A stretch of 64,000 nucleotides of DNA. It comes from an uncultured Planctomycetota bacterium (GTDB lineage: Bacteria; Planctomycetota; Planctomycetia; Gemmatales; Gemmataceae). The DNA is taken from the NCBI GenBank assembly GCA_963849325.1, contig CAWKHF010000001.1, positions 224,001-288,000 of the forward strand, written 5' to 3'. The notes under the pieces were generated by a model that was given only the letters and a program-made list of their open reading frames with translations, made no database searches and was not told where the DNA came from. This document shows positions 34,587-44,331 of the stretch, piece by piece; the first letter of the stretch is position 1; every line of letters starts with the position of its first letter. The position numbers and the translations under genes were made by a program.

Positions 34587-35375
34587 TCACGCGCGGTCCC
34601 CAGGCCATCTTGCGCCGGGCAGCGGATGGATGGTGTAGCCGTGGCCGACCAACTCGGCGAACAGTTCGGCCGGGCTGGTCTCCATCTTCGCCAGCCACGC
34701 CGGACACACCTCGAAGATGATTAGCGGCAGAAAGCGTTCGATCGTCCGCCGCGCTCCGCGCAGCACGCGCACCTCGGCCCCCTCGACGTCGATCTTCATC
34801 AGGTCGATGCGCGGCACGGGATGGTCGTCGAGATAGTCGTCCAGCCGGACCAGGCGCACCTCGAAGCGACGGTCGCCACGCGAGGCCAACGACCAGTTGC
34901 CGCCCTCGGCGCAGGCGGTGCCGGTCAGCGTCGCCGGCGACTCGGCCAGGCCGAAGCTCTCGGCGATCACGTGACGCAGCCGATTCTGCGCGAGGTTGTG
35001 GACGAGGAGACGGTGGTTGGCCGGGTGCGGCTCGAAAGCGACGACGGCCCCGCCGTCGGCCAGGTGGCGGGCGACGGCCAGCGTGTGCAGACCGACGTTG
35101 GCGCCGACATCGACGAATACGCCGTCGCCCGGCAGGACGGCGCGGGCGAGCTGGAGGATCTGGGCATCGTCGCGGCTTAGACCGGCCCAGTAGATGTGCT
35201 GGTGCATTTCGATGCCGAGGTCGAGCGTCAGGCGGCCGACGCCCGGCAACTCGAACGTGGTCGATTCGGCGGCGAACAGCCGGCTGAGACGCGAGGCGAT
35301 TCGCCAACGCCCTCGGATCGGCAGCCAACGCACGCAGCGCGCGAGGGGAGTACGGAGAATGCGCGGTATGGGCAC
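34587..35375 (-). CDS. FkbM family SAM-dependent methyltransferase
   Basis: VFVDVGANVGLHT; AFEP; LMKIDVEGAE. Confidence 0.92.
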   Translation of the reverse strand: MPIPRILRTPLARCVRWLPIRGRWRIASRLSRLFAAESTTFELPGVGRLTLDLGIEMHQHIYWAGLSRDDAQILQLARAVLPGDGVFVDVGANVGLHTLAVARHLADGGAVVAFEPHPANHRLLVHNLAQNRLRHVIAESFGLAESPATLTGTACAEGGNWSLASRGDRRFEVRLVRLDDYLDDHPVPRIDLMKIDVEGAEVRVLRGARRTIERFLPLIIFEVCPAWLAKMETSPAELFAELVGHGYTIHPLPGARWPGDRA

Positions 35376-35571
35376 GATATGGCCTCCTGCCTGTTCGGAT
35401 TCGCCGTCCCTGGCGAAACCCCGACGATGAGCGTCCGGCGGCAGTCCGCCGGGTTCCGGGGCGAGATAGATGATCGGGCGGGTGCTAATCTATCCCCGGT
35501 GCTTTGCGTATGTCAATTGCAAGGTTTTTCCCTGCTCCGGATGTATTTTTTACAATGCGGAGCGATCGGCG

Positions 35572-37934
35572 TCAGGGTACAAAGAGGAATTCGTTGCTGT
35601 TGAGGATCAGCCGACAGACGTTGGCCATGCCGTGTTTTCTCGCGTACGCACGGAGACGAGCGGTCTCTTCCGGGCCAGGCGGTCGGCCCAGCGCCAGCAG
35701 GTAGGCGGTTTCGATTTGCTTGCCGAGGTCAGCGCCGGCCCGAGCGACCCGCGCGGCGAAGTGTTCGCACTGGCGGACCATGAAACGGTCGTTGAGCATC
35801 GCCAATGCCTGCAACGCCGTCACCGAGCTGCTGCGCACCGGCGTGAACTGCGAGGCGTCGGGGCAGTCGAGCGTATCCATGAACGGATCGGGCAGCGTGC
35901 GGAACAGGAAGCGGTAGACGCTGCGGCGATAACTGCCGGGACTGTCCACGTCGAACGCCTGATAATCCACCTTCGGCGTCCGGTGGATGCCCGGACCCTG
36001 GACGAACTGCTTGATCGACGGCCCACCCATGCGTCGATCGAGCTTGCCGGTCGCGCACAGGACCGCGTCGCGCACGCTCTCGGCATCGAGCCGGCCGCGA
36101 TTCATGCGTCCCAGGAAATGATTGTCGGCGTCGAGGCGAGCGCCGTCGGGACGGTGCCGCGACGACTGCCGGTAAACGGCGCTGGTCACGATCAGGCGAT
36201 GCAGCTGCTTGAGCGAGCCGCCCTGGTCGCGGAAGTGGACCGCCAACCAGTCGAGCAGCTCGGGATGCGTCGGCGCTGCCCCCATTCGGCCGAAATCGTT
36301 CGGCGTCGCCACGATGCCGCGGCCGAAGTGATGGTGCCAGATGCGATTGACGATGGAGCGCCAGGTCAGGACGTTGTGGGGATCGCTCAGCCAGCGGGCG
36401 AGGGCGGCGCGACGGGCGCCATCGTCGTCGGGGTTGGCCAAACGGAAGTGTACTTCGAGTCCGGGCAGACACGACAGGGCGCCCGGCCCGAACGCGCTCA
36501 CCGGGGTTCTTGATGTCGCCGCGGCGCAGGACGTGAACGGGGCGACAGCCGTTGGCCGGCTTGAAACTGCCCTGCGGCTTGAAGTCGCTGGTTCCCGAAT
36601 ACACGAACTGCTGGGGCGGCAGCGCCGCCAGCTCCGTCCCGACAACGCCTCGCAGCGCCATCCCAACCGGCCCGGCCAGGGACAGGGGAACCAGTTCCAC
36701 CTCGCGCTGCCGCAGCGCCCGGCGTCTGCGCGCGACGTGCGGGTCGGCATCGTAGGGCCGGTCGGCGCGATCGACGCCGGCAAAGACGGCCTGCAAGCGG
36801 TAGTAATCGCGCTGCGGGATCGGGTCGAACTTGTGGTTGTGGCAGCGGGCGCAGTGGACGGTCGCGCTGACGAAGGTGGACATGGCTGTTGTAACCATGT
36901 CGTCGCGGTCGAGATATTGGCCGACCTTGCGGTCGAGGGTGTCTTCGCGGATGTCGCGCAGCGAACTCTCGTCCCACGGCCCGGCCGCGATGAAACCGGT
37001 GGCGACGACGGCTTGCGGCTCCGCCGGATAGAGGACGTCGCCGGCGATTTGCTCCTCCACGAATCGCCCATAAGGCTTATCCTCGTTGAAGGCGTGAATG
37101 AGATAATCGCGGTAGGGCCAGGCGTTCTCGCGCGGCACGTCCTGATCGTGGCCGTGCGTCTCGGCGAAATGAATGACGTCCATCCAGTGTCGCGCCCAGC
37201 GTTCGCCGTGGTGCGGGCTGGCCAGCAGGCGATCCACCACCTTCTCGTAAGCGTTCGGCGAAGGATCGGCCAGGAAGGCGTCGATCTCCGCCGGCGACGG
37301 TGGCAGGCCGAGCAAATCGAAGGTGACGCGACGCAGCAGCGTGCGGCGGTCGGCCGGCGGCGACGGCGTTAGTCCCTTCGCCTCCAGATGGGCCAGCACG
37401 AAGGCGTCAATCGGCGTCCGTGGCCAAGCGCGCTGCTGGACCGCCGGCAACGGAGGACTTCGCAAGGGCCGATAGGCCCAGTGCCGCGCGGACGTATCCG
37501 TCGCCTCCTCGGGCCAGACGGCGCCCTGATCGATCCAGGCGCGGAGGATGCCGACTTGCTCGGCGGTCAGCCCCGGTCCCCTGGGCGGCATCTTTCTGTC
37601 CGGCTCGATTCCCGCCACGCGCTGAATCAAGGGACTGTCGCCGCTCTTGCCCGCCCGGATGACACCGCTCCGCAGGGCGTTACTCTTGCGGTCCAGCCGC
37701 AGATCGCCCTTCTGTTTCTTGTCGCCGTGACAGGAGTAACAAGAGGTGGCGAAGATTGGCCGCACGTCGCGCGTGAAATCGATGCGCCGCGCCGAGGGAG
37801 ACGGCAGAGACGGCTCGGCGCCGGCGGAGATCAGGGCGACGGCGAGTCAGCGCCGGCGGTATCCACCGTGCGAACCGCGGAAGAATCGGCGCCGTCCGCA
37901 GAGTCGGCGGAAGGATCGGAGAAAAAGATCCCAT
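35572..37934 (-). CDS. PSD1 / DUF1549-DUF1553 planctomycete cytochrome c protein (frameshifted; start approximate)
   Basis: [43 protein letters not shown]. Confidence 0.9.
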
Positions 37935-38127
37935 GCCGTTTGGCGTATCTTTGTTGGCAGGCATAATGGAATGTCCCTGGCGAGTACACGGGTGCGGGCG
38001 ACAGGCCACGGACCTTACGGTTACGGGATTGCCACCCAAACCGGCATGATGCCGGCGCTCTCCCGACTATCCTAAAGGGCACCGCCAGTGGCCCGCCAGG
38101 GACACTTCTCTACGAGGGTAACGAATC

Positions 38128-38340
38128 ATGACCGAGCGATCAAGTCTCTCTCTGGCCAACACCATCAAGCGAGCCATCACCGACACGGGCAAGAGCGTCA
38201 ATTCGGTCGCCCTGACGTCCGGCGTCTCTCAGGCCGTCGTGCAACGCTTCCTCGCGGGTAAGCGAGGGATTACCCTCGACACAGCGGAGAGGCTGTGTCT
38301 CTACCTGAAACTGGAGCTGCACGCCGCCGCCCGGGATTGA
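38128..38340 (+). CDS. XRE-family helix-turn-helix protein
   Basis: SVNSVALTSGVSQAVVQRFLAGKRGITLDTAERLC. Confidence 0.8.
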   Translation: MTERSSLSLANTIKRAITDTGKSVNSVALTSGVSQAVVQRFLAGKRGITLDTAERLCLYLKLELHAAARD

Positions 38341-38521
38341 ACGATCGCATTACGGTCTGCTTGTTGGCCTCTCTCGCATCCACACTCGCTTATGCGCCGG
38401 TCTCCTCCCCTCTCTCCTGCTTCGGGGAAAGGGAAGCAAGACGGACGACTCCCTAAAGCGATGCACGCGCCTGAATATTACATTTTTTTAACTTTGTTCT
38501 TGCGTCTGGGTCCACGGACTG

Positions 38522-38885
38522 CAGGGCTGTTCAATTATTCAAGCTGCGGCAAGCCGAGAAGTGTCAGGGCTTTGTTGAAGCAATTGCTCATGGTCCGCAA
38601 AGCGGCGACCAAGCTGTCACTCGTGTTATCGAGCAGATGGACGATCGAACTGGGCAATGGCCTGACAGGGCTTACAGCCGGTGAGCATGGCGAGAACGGC
38701 CAAGCCGAGAATGGCGGAGAGGGGGTGACGGATGCCCCGGCAGTGTCGGGGGGCGGGAATGTCCGCCAGGACAATCGAGCAGGGAAAGGGGAGAAGACAT
38801 GGTAAAGCCTCCAGCTTCGGTTCGGGCTTCTCCGCTTTACCGGCGTGCTGGGGTTCCCGCTAAGATCAACTATTGAACGGGCCTG
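38522..38885 (-). mobile_element. Internally deleted ISAs1-family IS remnant (364 bp)
   Basis: Terminal IRs CAGGGCTGTTCAAT / CAGGCCCGTTCAAT (12/14); minus strand encodes LADIPAPRHCRGIRHPLSAILGLAVLAMLTG..AIAQF joined to a C-terminal-like ..AALR..ALTLLGLPQLE*. Confidence 0.75.
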
Positions 38886-38915
38886 GCGGGCGAGGGGAAG
38901 GATGAACAATCAACC

Positions 38916-38945
38916 TTGACAGGAAGCGACCCGTTACTTATAGTC
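38916..38945 (+). promoter_or_regulatory. Sigma70 promoter for vsr-MTase with an overlapping C-box
   Basis: TTGACA (38916) -17 bp- TATAGT (38939); TACTTATAGTC at 38935-38945. Confidence 0.75.
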
Positions 38946-38977
38946 CGCAGTGACGACAGCCCGGCAGAAAGGCGAAG

Positions 38978-39412
38978 GTGGGGACGGTGGGACAGCCGAA
39001 AGGAAGATACGAGACTGACGCTGGAACGTCCCGCCGGATGGCCGCAGTACGCCCGCTCGACACAACGCCAGAGATGATCGTCCGGCGGGTTCTTCGGAGG
39101 CTCGGCTATAGGTATCGGTTGCACCGTTACGACCTACCGGGGCGACCGGACATAGTGCTTGCCTCGCGCCGCAAGGCGATTTTTGTACATGGCTGCTTTT
39201 GGCATCGGCACTCCGGCTGCCATCGGACCACGACGCCGAGGCGCAACGAACGTCTCTGGCAGGAGAAGTTCGAGCGGACGCTAGAGCGGGATCAACAGAA
39301 ACGGCGACTGTTGGAGGAAGCTGGGTGGAAAGTCCTGGTCGTATGGGAGTGTGAAACCGCCGACGAAGATTGCCTGGCCGAAGTCATTCAACGGTTCGTG
39401 ACCTCGAAGTGA
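38978..39412 (+). CDS. vsr: Very short patch repair endonuclease (start uncertain)
   Basis: RRMAAVR..DTTPE; LPGRPDIV; IFVHGCFWH; WKVLVVWEC. Confidence 0.93.
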   Translation: MGTVGQPKGRYETDAGTSRRMAAVRPLDTTPEMIVRRVLRRLGYRYRLHRYDLPGRPDIVLASRRKAIFVHGCFWHRHSGCHRTTTPRRNERLWQEKFERTLERDQQKRRLLEEAGWKVLVVWECETADEDCLAEVIQRFVTSK

Positions 39413-39419
39413 GGAAGTC

Positions 39420-41015
39420 TTGACCACGGCGCTGAACACGAAACTGCCCCTGAAGGGAGTCAGCCTATTTTCCGGCGCTGGGATCGGTGACTTGGGGTTT
39501 CGTGCTGCCGGGGTCCAGTTCCTAGCGATGTGCGAGCTAGAAGAAGATAGATCGGCGCTCGCCAAACTGAATTACCCCGAAGCACAGTGTTTCGCAAAGG
39601 GGATCGAGGAAGCGGCAGACGGGCTTTGTAGCTACGTCACCGGCGAGCTTGCGACGGCACGAGAAGACTTGTTCGTACTGTCGTGTACCGCCCCGTGCCA
39701 AGGCATGTCGAAGAATGGTCAAGGTACGCTCCTCAACCTCGTCCGAAGGGGCATGCGACCCAAATTCGATCCGAGGAACAGGCTCATTCTCCCGGCGCTG
39801 AAGATCGTCCAACGCCTGCGGCCCGTGTGGCTAGTCTTTGAGAATGTCATCGAGATGCGGAACACAGTCATCGAAGACGAGGCGCAAGAAGTACGACCGA
39901 TCCTAGACATTATCCGGGACTCCCTCGCTCCGCATGGCTACGTCGGGGCCGCCTATGACGTGGAGTTCGCAGACTACGGCATCCCGCAGCGCCGCCAGCG
40001 CCTCATAACCGTCTATACTCGTGACCCAGAGGCCGTTCAGCGCTTCAGGGCCGGCGTGTCTCTAATCCCGTCTCCGACCCACGCAAAGTATCCAAAAGGG
40101 AAGTTGTGCCAATGGGTTTCGGTTGACGAAGCCCTTGCTGACTTCCCTCCGCTCGATGGCCAATCTGAACGGACGGCAGCTTGCGATAGCATCGCATTTC
40201 ACTATGTCCCGGTACTGGATCCGAAAAAATACGAATGGATCAGGCACACGCCGCCCGGACGTTCTGCGTTCGACAACCAATGCGTCAATCCAAAATGCGG
40301 CTACCAGGACAATCCCGTTCACGGCGCTAGTCACGGAACCGATGGGATCAATAGGGCGCACAAGGACACGCCGCTATTCTGTGAGCGATGCGGGAATATC
40401 CTACCTCGTCCATACACCGAAGAAGACGGCAGCAAGCGCATCATGTCGGGGTACACAAGTGCCTATAAGCGTATGGACGGATCGTTGCCTGCCCCTGCGC
40501 TAACAAGAAACCTCAGTTATCCGTGTAGCGACCAGAAAATACATCCGACTCAGAACCGTGTGCTGTCACTGGCGGAAGCGATGCGACTTCAGACAATTGA
40601 CCGCTACTCCTATCGGTGGGGGCCGGTCTTCGTGAATAAGGGGAGGCGCACCGTCACGAAGAGCCTCGCCCCGGACAGTCTTATCCGACTGGTCATCGGC
40701 GAAAGCGTGCCGCCCCGTTTTCTTGAATTGCTCGGACCCTACCTTCGAGACTTCACAAACACAGAGCCTCCCGACACGCAACCACACCCCGTTCGCCCCT
40801 TCGCCCATTTCGGTTCAACGGATGCTTTGGGATTAAACGTCCGAGCGTGCGCTATGAGGTTGCGAGCGAGGCGTTCCAGGCAGAACAGACCTGGGCTATT
40901 GCCGTGTCAAGAATGCAGAACAGCTTGCGCTGGCAAAGGACGCTTCGGAGACTATGAGCCTTCGGCAACAATACCCATCCTTCGCCCATTCGCTTCACGC
41001 CGGTTTTCTTCATGA
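39420..41015 (+). CDS. C5-cytosine DNA methyltransferase (true end probably near 40850)
   Basis: LFSGAG; APCQGMS; FENV; GIPQRRQR; RVLSLAEAMRLQ; IGESVP. Confidence 0.92.
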   Translation: MTTALNTKLPLKGVSLFSGAGIGDLGFRAAGVQFLAMCELEEDRSALAKLNYPEAQCFAKGIEEAADGLCSYVTGELATAREDLFVLSCTAPCQGMSKNGQGTLLNLVRRGMRPKFDPRNRLILPALKIVQRLRPVWLVFENVIEMRNTVIEDEAQEVRPILDIIRDSLAPHGYVGAAYDVEFADYGIPQRRQRLITVYTRDPEAVQRFRAGVSLIPSPTHAKYPKGKLCQWVSVDEALADFPPLDGQSERTAACDSIAFHYVPVLDPKKYEWIRHTPPGRSAFDNQCVNPKCGYQDNPVHGASHGTDGINRAHKDTPLFCERCGNILPRPYTEEDGSKRIMSGYTSAYKRMDGSLPAPALTRNLSYPCSDQKIHPTQNRVLSLAEAMRLQTIDRYSYRWGPVFVNKGRRTVTKSLAPDSLIRLVIGESVPPRFLELLGPYLRDFTNTEPPDTQPHPVRPFAHFGSTDALGLNVRACAMRLRARRSRQNRPGLLPCQECRTACAGKGRFGDYEPSATIPILRPFASRRFSS

Positions 41016-41937
41016 TGGAAACGCTTGTCGTGCGACCGCCGCCCTCGGTGGGTTGAATTACCTTGCCCCAATCTTCCATGGTCAAGTCGTTACGATAGAA
41101 AGACGCCAGAACGGTTGGCAGTCCGTCCACGAAATCCCAAAAGATGCCAAGAAGGTCGTTCGTGTCCCTATGGTGAGCCTTCCATTCGGCGCTCACGAGA
41201 GTTGGAATACGGGCTTCGCCGATCTTCGGCTTCGCTCGGACTGACGCACTGACCACGTTGCCGCAAGTAGCCTTGACCTCAACACCGCCGTAGGGGTAGG
41301 GACTCCAAAACCGCTTCTCGGACGTTTCCCCACGGCGTTCACGTTCGGCGATGTATTGTTTACCCTCCGGGGTCAGCGCCAATAAGTCGGGGTAGCCGTC
41401 TTGGTTGGGGTTGGGGAACAAGCGGTCTTTTTGCAGCCGGTATAGTTCACTTGCAAAAATCTCACCGACGAAGCTACTCAGATTACGCAGTCCCAGGAGG
41501 GTGAATATGGGGATGTCGTTGCCCGTCGCTAGATCGTCGATTAACTCTATCGCCCGGTTTGCGTTTTGGAGGGTGTCCTGTACCAGTTGCGTTGTCAGAC
41601 TCCACGATACTTTGGGGTCTTTCGTGAACAGCAACGCCGTTTCTGGCCGCTTGTCCGCTTGAAGAAACTCCAATGAGTCCCTCGTCGCCCTTTTGCCCGG
41701 CCCTCTTTTGGCGCTGTACGACTCCAACGCCGCCTGGGAGAGTAGTCGGTCAATGGCGAGACCAGACTCCGCAGTTATGGTTGCTAGTTCACTGAGGGAA
41801 GTTGATCCGGTTATGGACTTCTTTGAGGCCGGCAGGTTTCCGACCTTGAGCGCAGTGGTCAGCGCCTTCAAGAGAATGGCCACAAGGTCCAAAGGCAGTT
41901 CTTCCCCGGCGTCAGCAGTCGTCGGGCGGGTACTCAT
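40852..41937 (-). CDS. Putative type II restriction endonuclease (PD-(D/E)xK)
   Basis: GYPDLL...VEVKATCG; directly downstream of the controller HTH gene and convergent with the MTase. Confidence 0.7.
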   Translation of the reverse strand: MSTRPTTADAGEELPLDLVAILLKALTTALKVGNLPASKKSITGSTSLSELATITAESGLAIDRLLSQAALESYSAKRGPGKRATRDSLEFLQADKRPETALLFTKDPKVSWSLTTQLVQDTLQNANRAIELIDDLATGNDIPIFTLLGLRNLSSFVGEIFASELYRLQKDRLFPNPNQDGYPDLLALTPEGKQYIAERERRGETSEKRFWSPYPYGGVEVKATCGNVVSASVRAKPKIGEARIPTLVSAEWKAHHRDTNDLLGIFWDFVDGLPTVLASFYRNDLTMEDWGKVIQPTEGGGRTTSVSIMKKTGVKRMGEGWVLLPKAHSLRSVLCQRKLFCILDTAIAQVCSAWNASLATS

Positions 41938-41970
41938 GGTGATGGAGCGCTCTTGTACCGTCTGGCCGGG

Positions 41971-42180
41971 CTAGACAGCCTTCATCAACTCGGCAATCGA
42001 AATCCCCAGCGCCTTCGCAATTGCCTCGATGTTCCGAAGGGCGACGTTGCGCTTGCCCCGCTCGATGCCACTGATGTAGGTCCGGTCCAGCTTGCACTTA
42101 TCTGCGAACGCCTCTTGCGACAGGCCGAGGGCCGTCCGCTTCTCACGAACCCGCTTTCCGAAACGCTCCAATACGTCCAT
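41971..42180 (-). CDS. R-M controller (C) protein, XRE HTH
   Basis: [31 protein letters not shown], the classic C-protein pattern. Confidence 0.88.
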   Translation of the reverse strand: MDVLERFGKRVREKRTALGLSQEAFADKCKLDRTYISGIERGKRNVALRNIEAIAKALGISIAELMKAV

Positions 42181-42218
42181 AAGCCTGCCCCAAGACCGCC
42201 CACCCTAGCAGCCCATGT

Positions 42219-42259
42219 GACGATGAGTCCACGGACCATGAGTAAACGGACTATGTGTC
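42219..42259 (-). promoter_or_regulatory. Three tandem C-box operators upstream of the C gene
   Basis: Minus strand GACACATAGTC-cgtt-TACTCATGGTC-cgtg-GACTCATCGTC with a 15-bp period. Confidence 0.8.
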
Positions 42260-42776
42260 ACACACCGGGAGCGGGGAATCTGAACCCGTCAATCTGGCGA
42301 TTTCCAAGAAAGTTGGGGCGAAAGCGCACTCACTCGCCGCTCGTCGGTCGCAGCCTCCCAGCCACGGGGTGACGTTCGCTACCGGCACGCCGATCTCGAA
42401 ATGGACCGCAGCCGTAGGCTGGATCTCGCCCCATCCCACGAGCCGACCCACGCCGCCATAAACCATTCCAGCCTCCGCACAGCGGTCGCGCTCTCGGCCG
42501 GGTTTCTCAGATGTGGGAAGTCCATCCCGTTTCCTTGCCACTTTCAGGAACCGTCCCGCGCCGGACGGTCCTAACGTAGCTGTTTTTCCCGGCTTTCGCC
42601 GCGACGACGCTTGGCACTTCGTTTGCCCTCTCTCTCCTCACGCGATACCGCACCCTGAAAGAGGTTGACGCATCCCCCGCGAGGGCTACAACGTCTCCCA
42701 GCGTGCCGCAGCTGAAATCCTTCACGGCGGTATCGCTGTATCCGAAGGAAAGCCGTATCCGGAGCGATGCTTCGTT

Positions 42777-43451
42777 ATGACAGATCCTACTCCCAATCCT
42801 CCTGGCGGCACGCCGCCGTCTCCTGATAAGCCCGAAACCGGCATCACGCCCAATCCGCCGCCGGCCGCGACGACGGCAGCGGTGACGCCCAAGCCGGCCG
42901 CGCCGCCGCCCAAGCCGGCGGCCAAGCCCGTCGCCAAAACCAAGGAGCGACGCGGCTTTCTCTACGCCATGTTCGGCACCTGGATCGGCCTGGCCTGGAC
43001 GACCATGACGGCCTCGTTCGGCCTGATGACGCTGGGCACCGTTCGCTTCCTCTTTCCCAACGTCCTGGCCGAGCCGCCCAGCAAGATCAAGGTCGGTTTC
43101 CCCGACAGCTACGAGGACGGCAAGGTCATCGAACGCTACAAGGACCAGCACGCCTGGATCGTCCGCCGCAAGGACGAGAAGTTCGGCGACATCATCTACG
43201 CCCTGAGCACCACCTGCACGCACCTCGGCTGCACGCCCAACTGGCTGGAGCGCGAACAGAAATTCAAATGCCCCTGCCACGGCAGCGGCTTCTACATCAG
43301 CGGCATCAACTTTGAAGGCCCCGCCCCGCGGCCGCTGGAACGCTGGGCCGTCAGCGTCGGCGACGACGGCCAGATCGTCGTCGATATGAGCAAGAAGTTC
43401 CAGCAAGAACGCGGCGAATGGAACAACCCCGAATCCTTCATCAAGGTGTAG
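42777..43451 (+). CDS. Rieske iron-sulfur subunit of a cytochrome bc complex
   Basis: RRGFL Tat anchor; CTHLGC; CPCHGS; GPAPRPL. Confidence 0.95.
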   Translation: MTDPTPNPPGGTPPSPDKPETGITPNPPPAATTAAVTPKPAAPPPKPAAKPVAKTKERRGFLYAMFGTWIGLAWTTMTASFGLMTLGTVRFLFPNVLAEPPSKIKVGFPDSYEDGKVIERYKDQHAWIVRRKDEKFGDIIYALSTTCTHLGCTPNWLEREQKFKCPCHGSGFYISGINFEGPAPRPLERWAVSVGDDGQIVVDMSKKFQQERGEWNNPESFIKV

Positions 43452-43460
43452 GAGCCAGCT

Positions 43461-44234
43461 GTGAGCGTCGGTGATTTCATCCGTAATTCGCAGGTATGGA
43501 AGAGCATCTTCCGCCATCCGGCCCCGCGCGATCGGCGCAACCGCGTGGTGGTCATGCTCACCAACGTCTTCCTGCACCTGCATCCGGTGTCGGTGCGCAA
43601 GAGCGGCATCGCCCTGAGCTATACCTGGTGCATGGGCGGACTGACGTTCTTCATGTTCCTGGAGCTGACCGTCACCGGCGTGCTGCTGATGTTCTACTAT
43701 CGGCCGACGCTCGAACACGCTTACAACGACATCCTCATCCTCCGCGACGTGGCCACGCTCGGCATCCTCCGCGAACTGCATCGCTGGGGCGCACACGCCA
43801 TGGTCATCACGATCTGGCTGCACATGTATCGCGTCTTCCTGACCGGCAGTTACAAACCGCCCCGAGAATTCAACTGGGGGGTCGGCGTCATCTTGCTCGT
43901 CTTGACGCTGCTGTTGAGCTTCACCGGCTATCTGCTGCCGTGGGACCAACTGGCCATCTGGGCCATCACCGTCGGCAGCAACATGGCCCGCGCCACGCCG
44001 TTCCTCGGCCACGAGGGGCCGGGCGCCAGCTTCCTCAAAGTGGGGGATGTCTCGCTCATCCACTCCGGCTCGGACGCGCGCTTCATTCTGCTGGGCGGGC
44101 GCTTCGTCAGCGGCGAGACGCTGCTGCGCTTCTACGTGCTGCATTGCGTCGCCATTCCGTTGGCCGTCGCCGTGCTCATCGCCGTCCACTTCTGGCGCGT
44201 GCGCAAGGACGGCGGCATCAGCGGGCCGTTGTGA
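43461..44234 (+). CDS. Cytochrome b6-like N-terminal subunit
   Basis: WCMGG (heme ci-type Cys); [26 protein letters not shown]. Confidence 0.95.
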   Translation: MSVGDFIRNSQVWKSIFRHPAPRDRRNRVVVMLTNVFLHLHPVSVRKSGIALSYTWCMGGLTFFMFLELTVTGVLLMFYYRPTLEHAYNDILILRDVATLGILRELHRWGAHAMVITIWLHMYRVFLTGSYKPPREFNWGVGVILLVLTLLLSFTGYLLPWDQLAIWAITVGSNMARATPFLGHEGPGASFLKVGDVSLIHSGSDARFILLGGRFVSGETLLRFYVLHCVAIPLAVAVLIAVHFWRVRKDGGISGPL

Positions 44235-44242
44235 GAATGACT

Positions 44243-44303
44243 CGTTTCGCCGCGACGCGCAGCGGAGCGCGAGCCGCGCTCCGCTGCGCGTCGCGGCGAA
44301 ACG
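44243..44303. repeat. Palindromic REP-like element, family A, inside the bc operon
   Basis: CGTTTCGCCGCGACGCGCAGCGGAGCGCG ... CGCGCTCCGCTGCGCGTCGCGGCGAAACG. Confidence 0.92.
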
Positions 44304-44331
44304 GAAACTTTTGTTACCAGGGCGATCACCC

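Noticed and set aside
40852-41015. 164-bp convergent overlap between the MTase and endonuclease genes
   Set aside because: The MTase tail beyond motif X looks non-conserved; more likely a lost stop or indel than a functional overlap
42251-42541. Possible gene fragment between the R-M island and the Rieske gene
   Set aside because: No recognisable family or RBS
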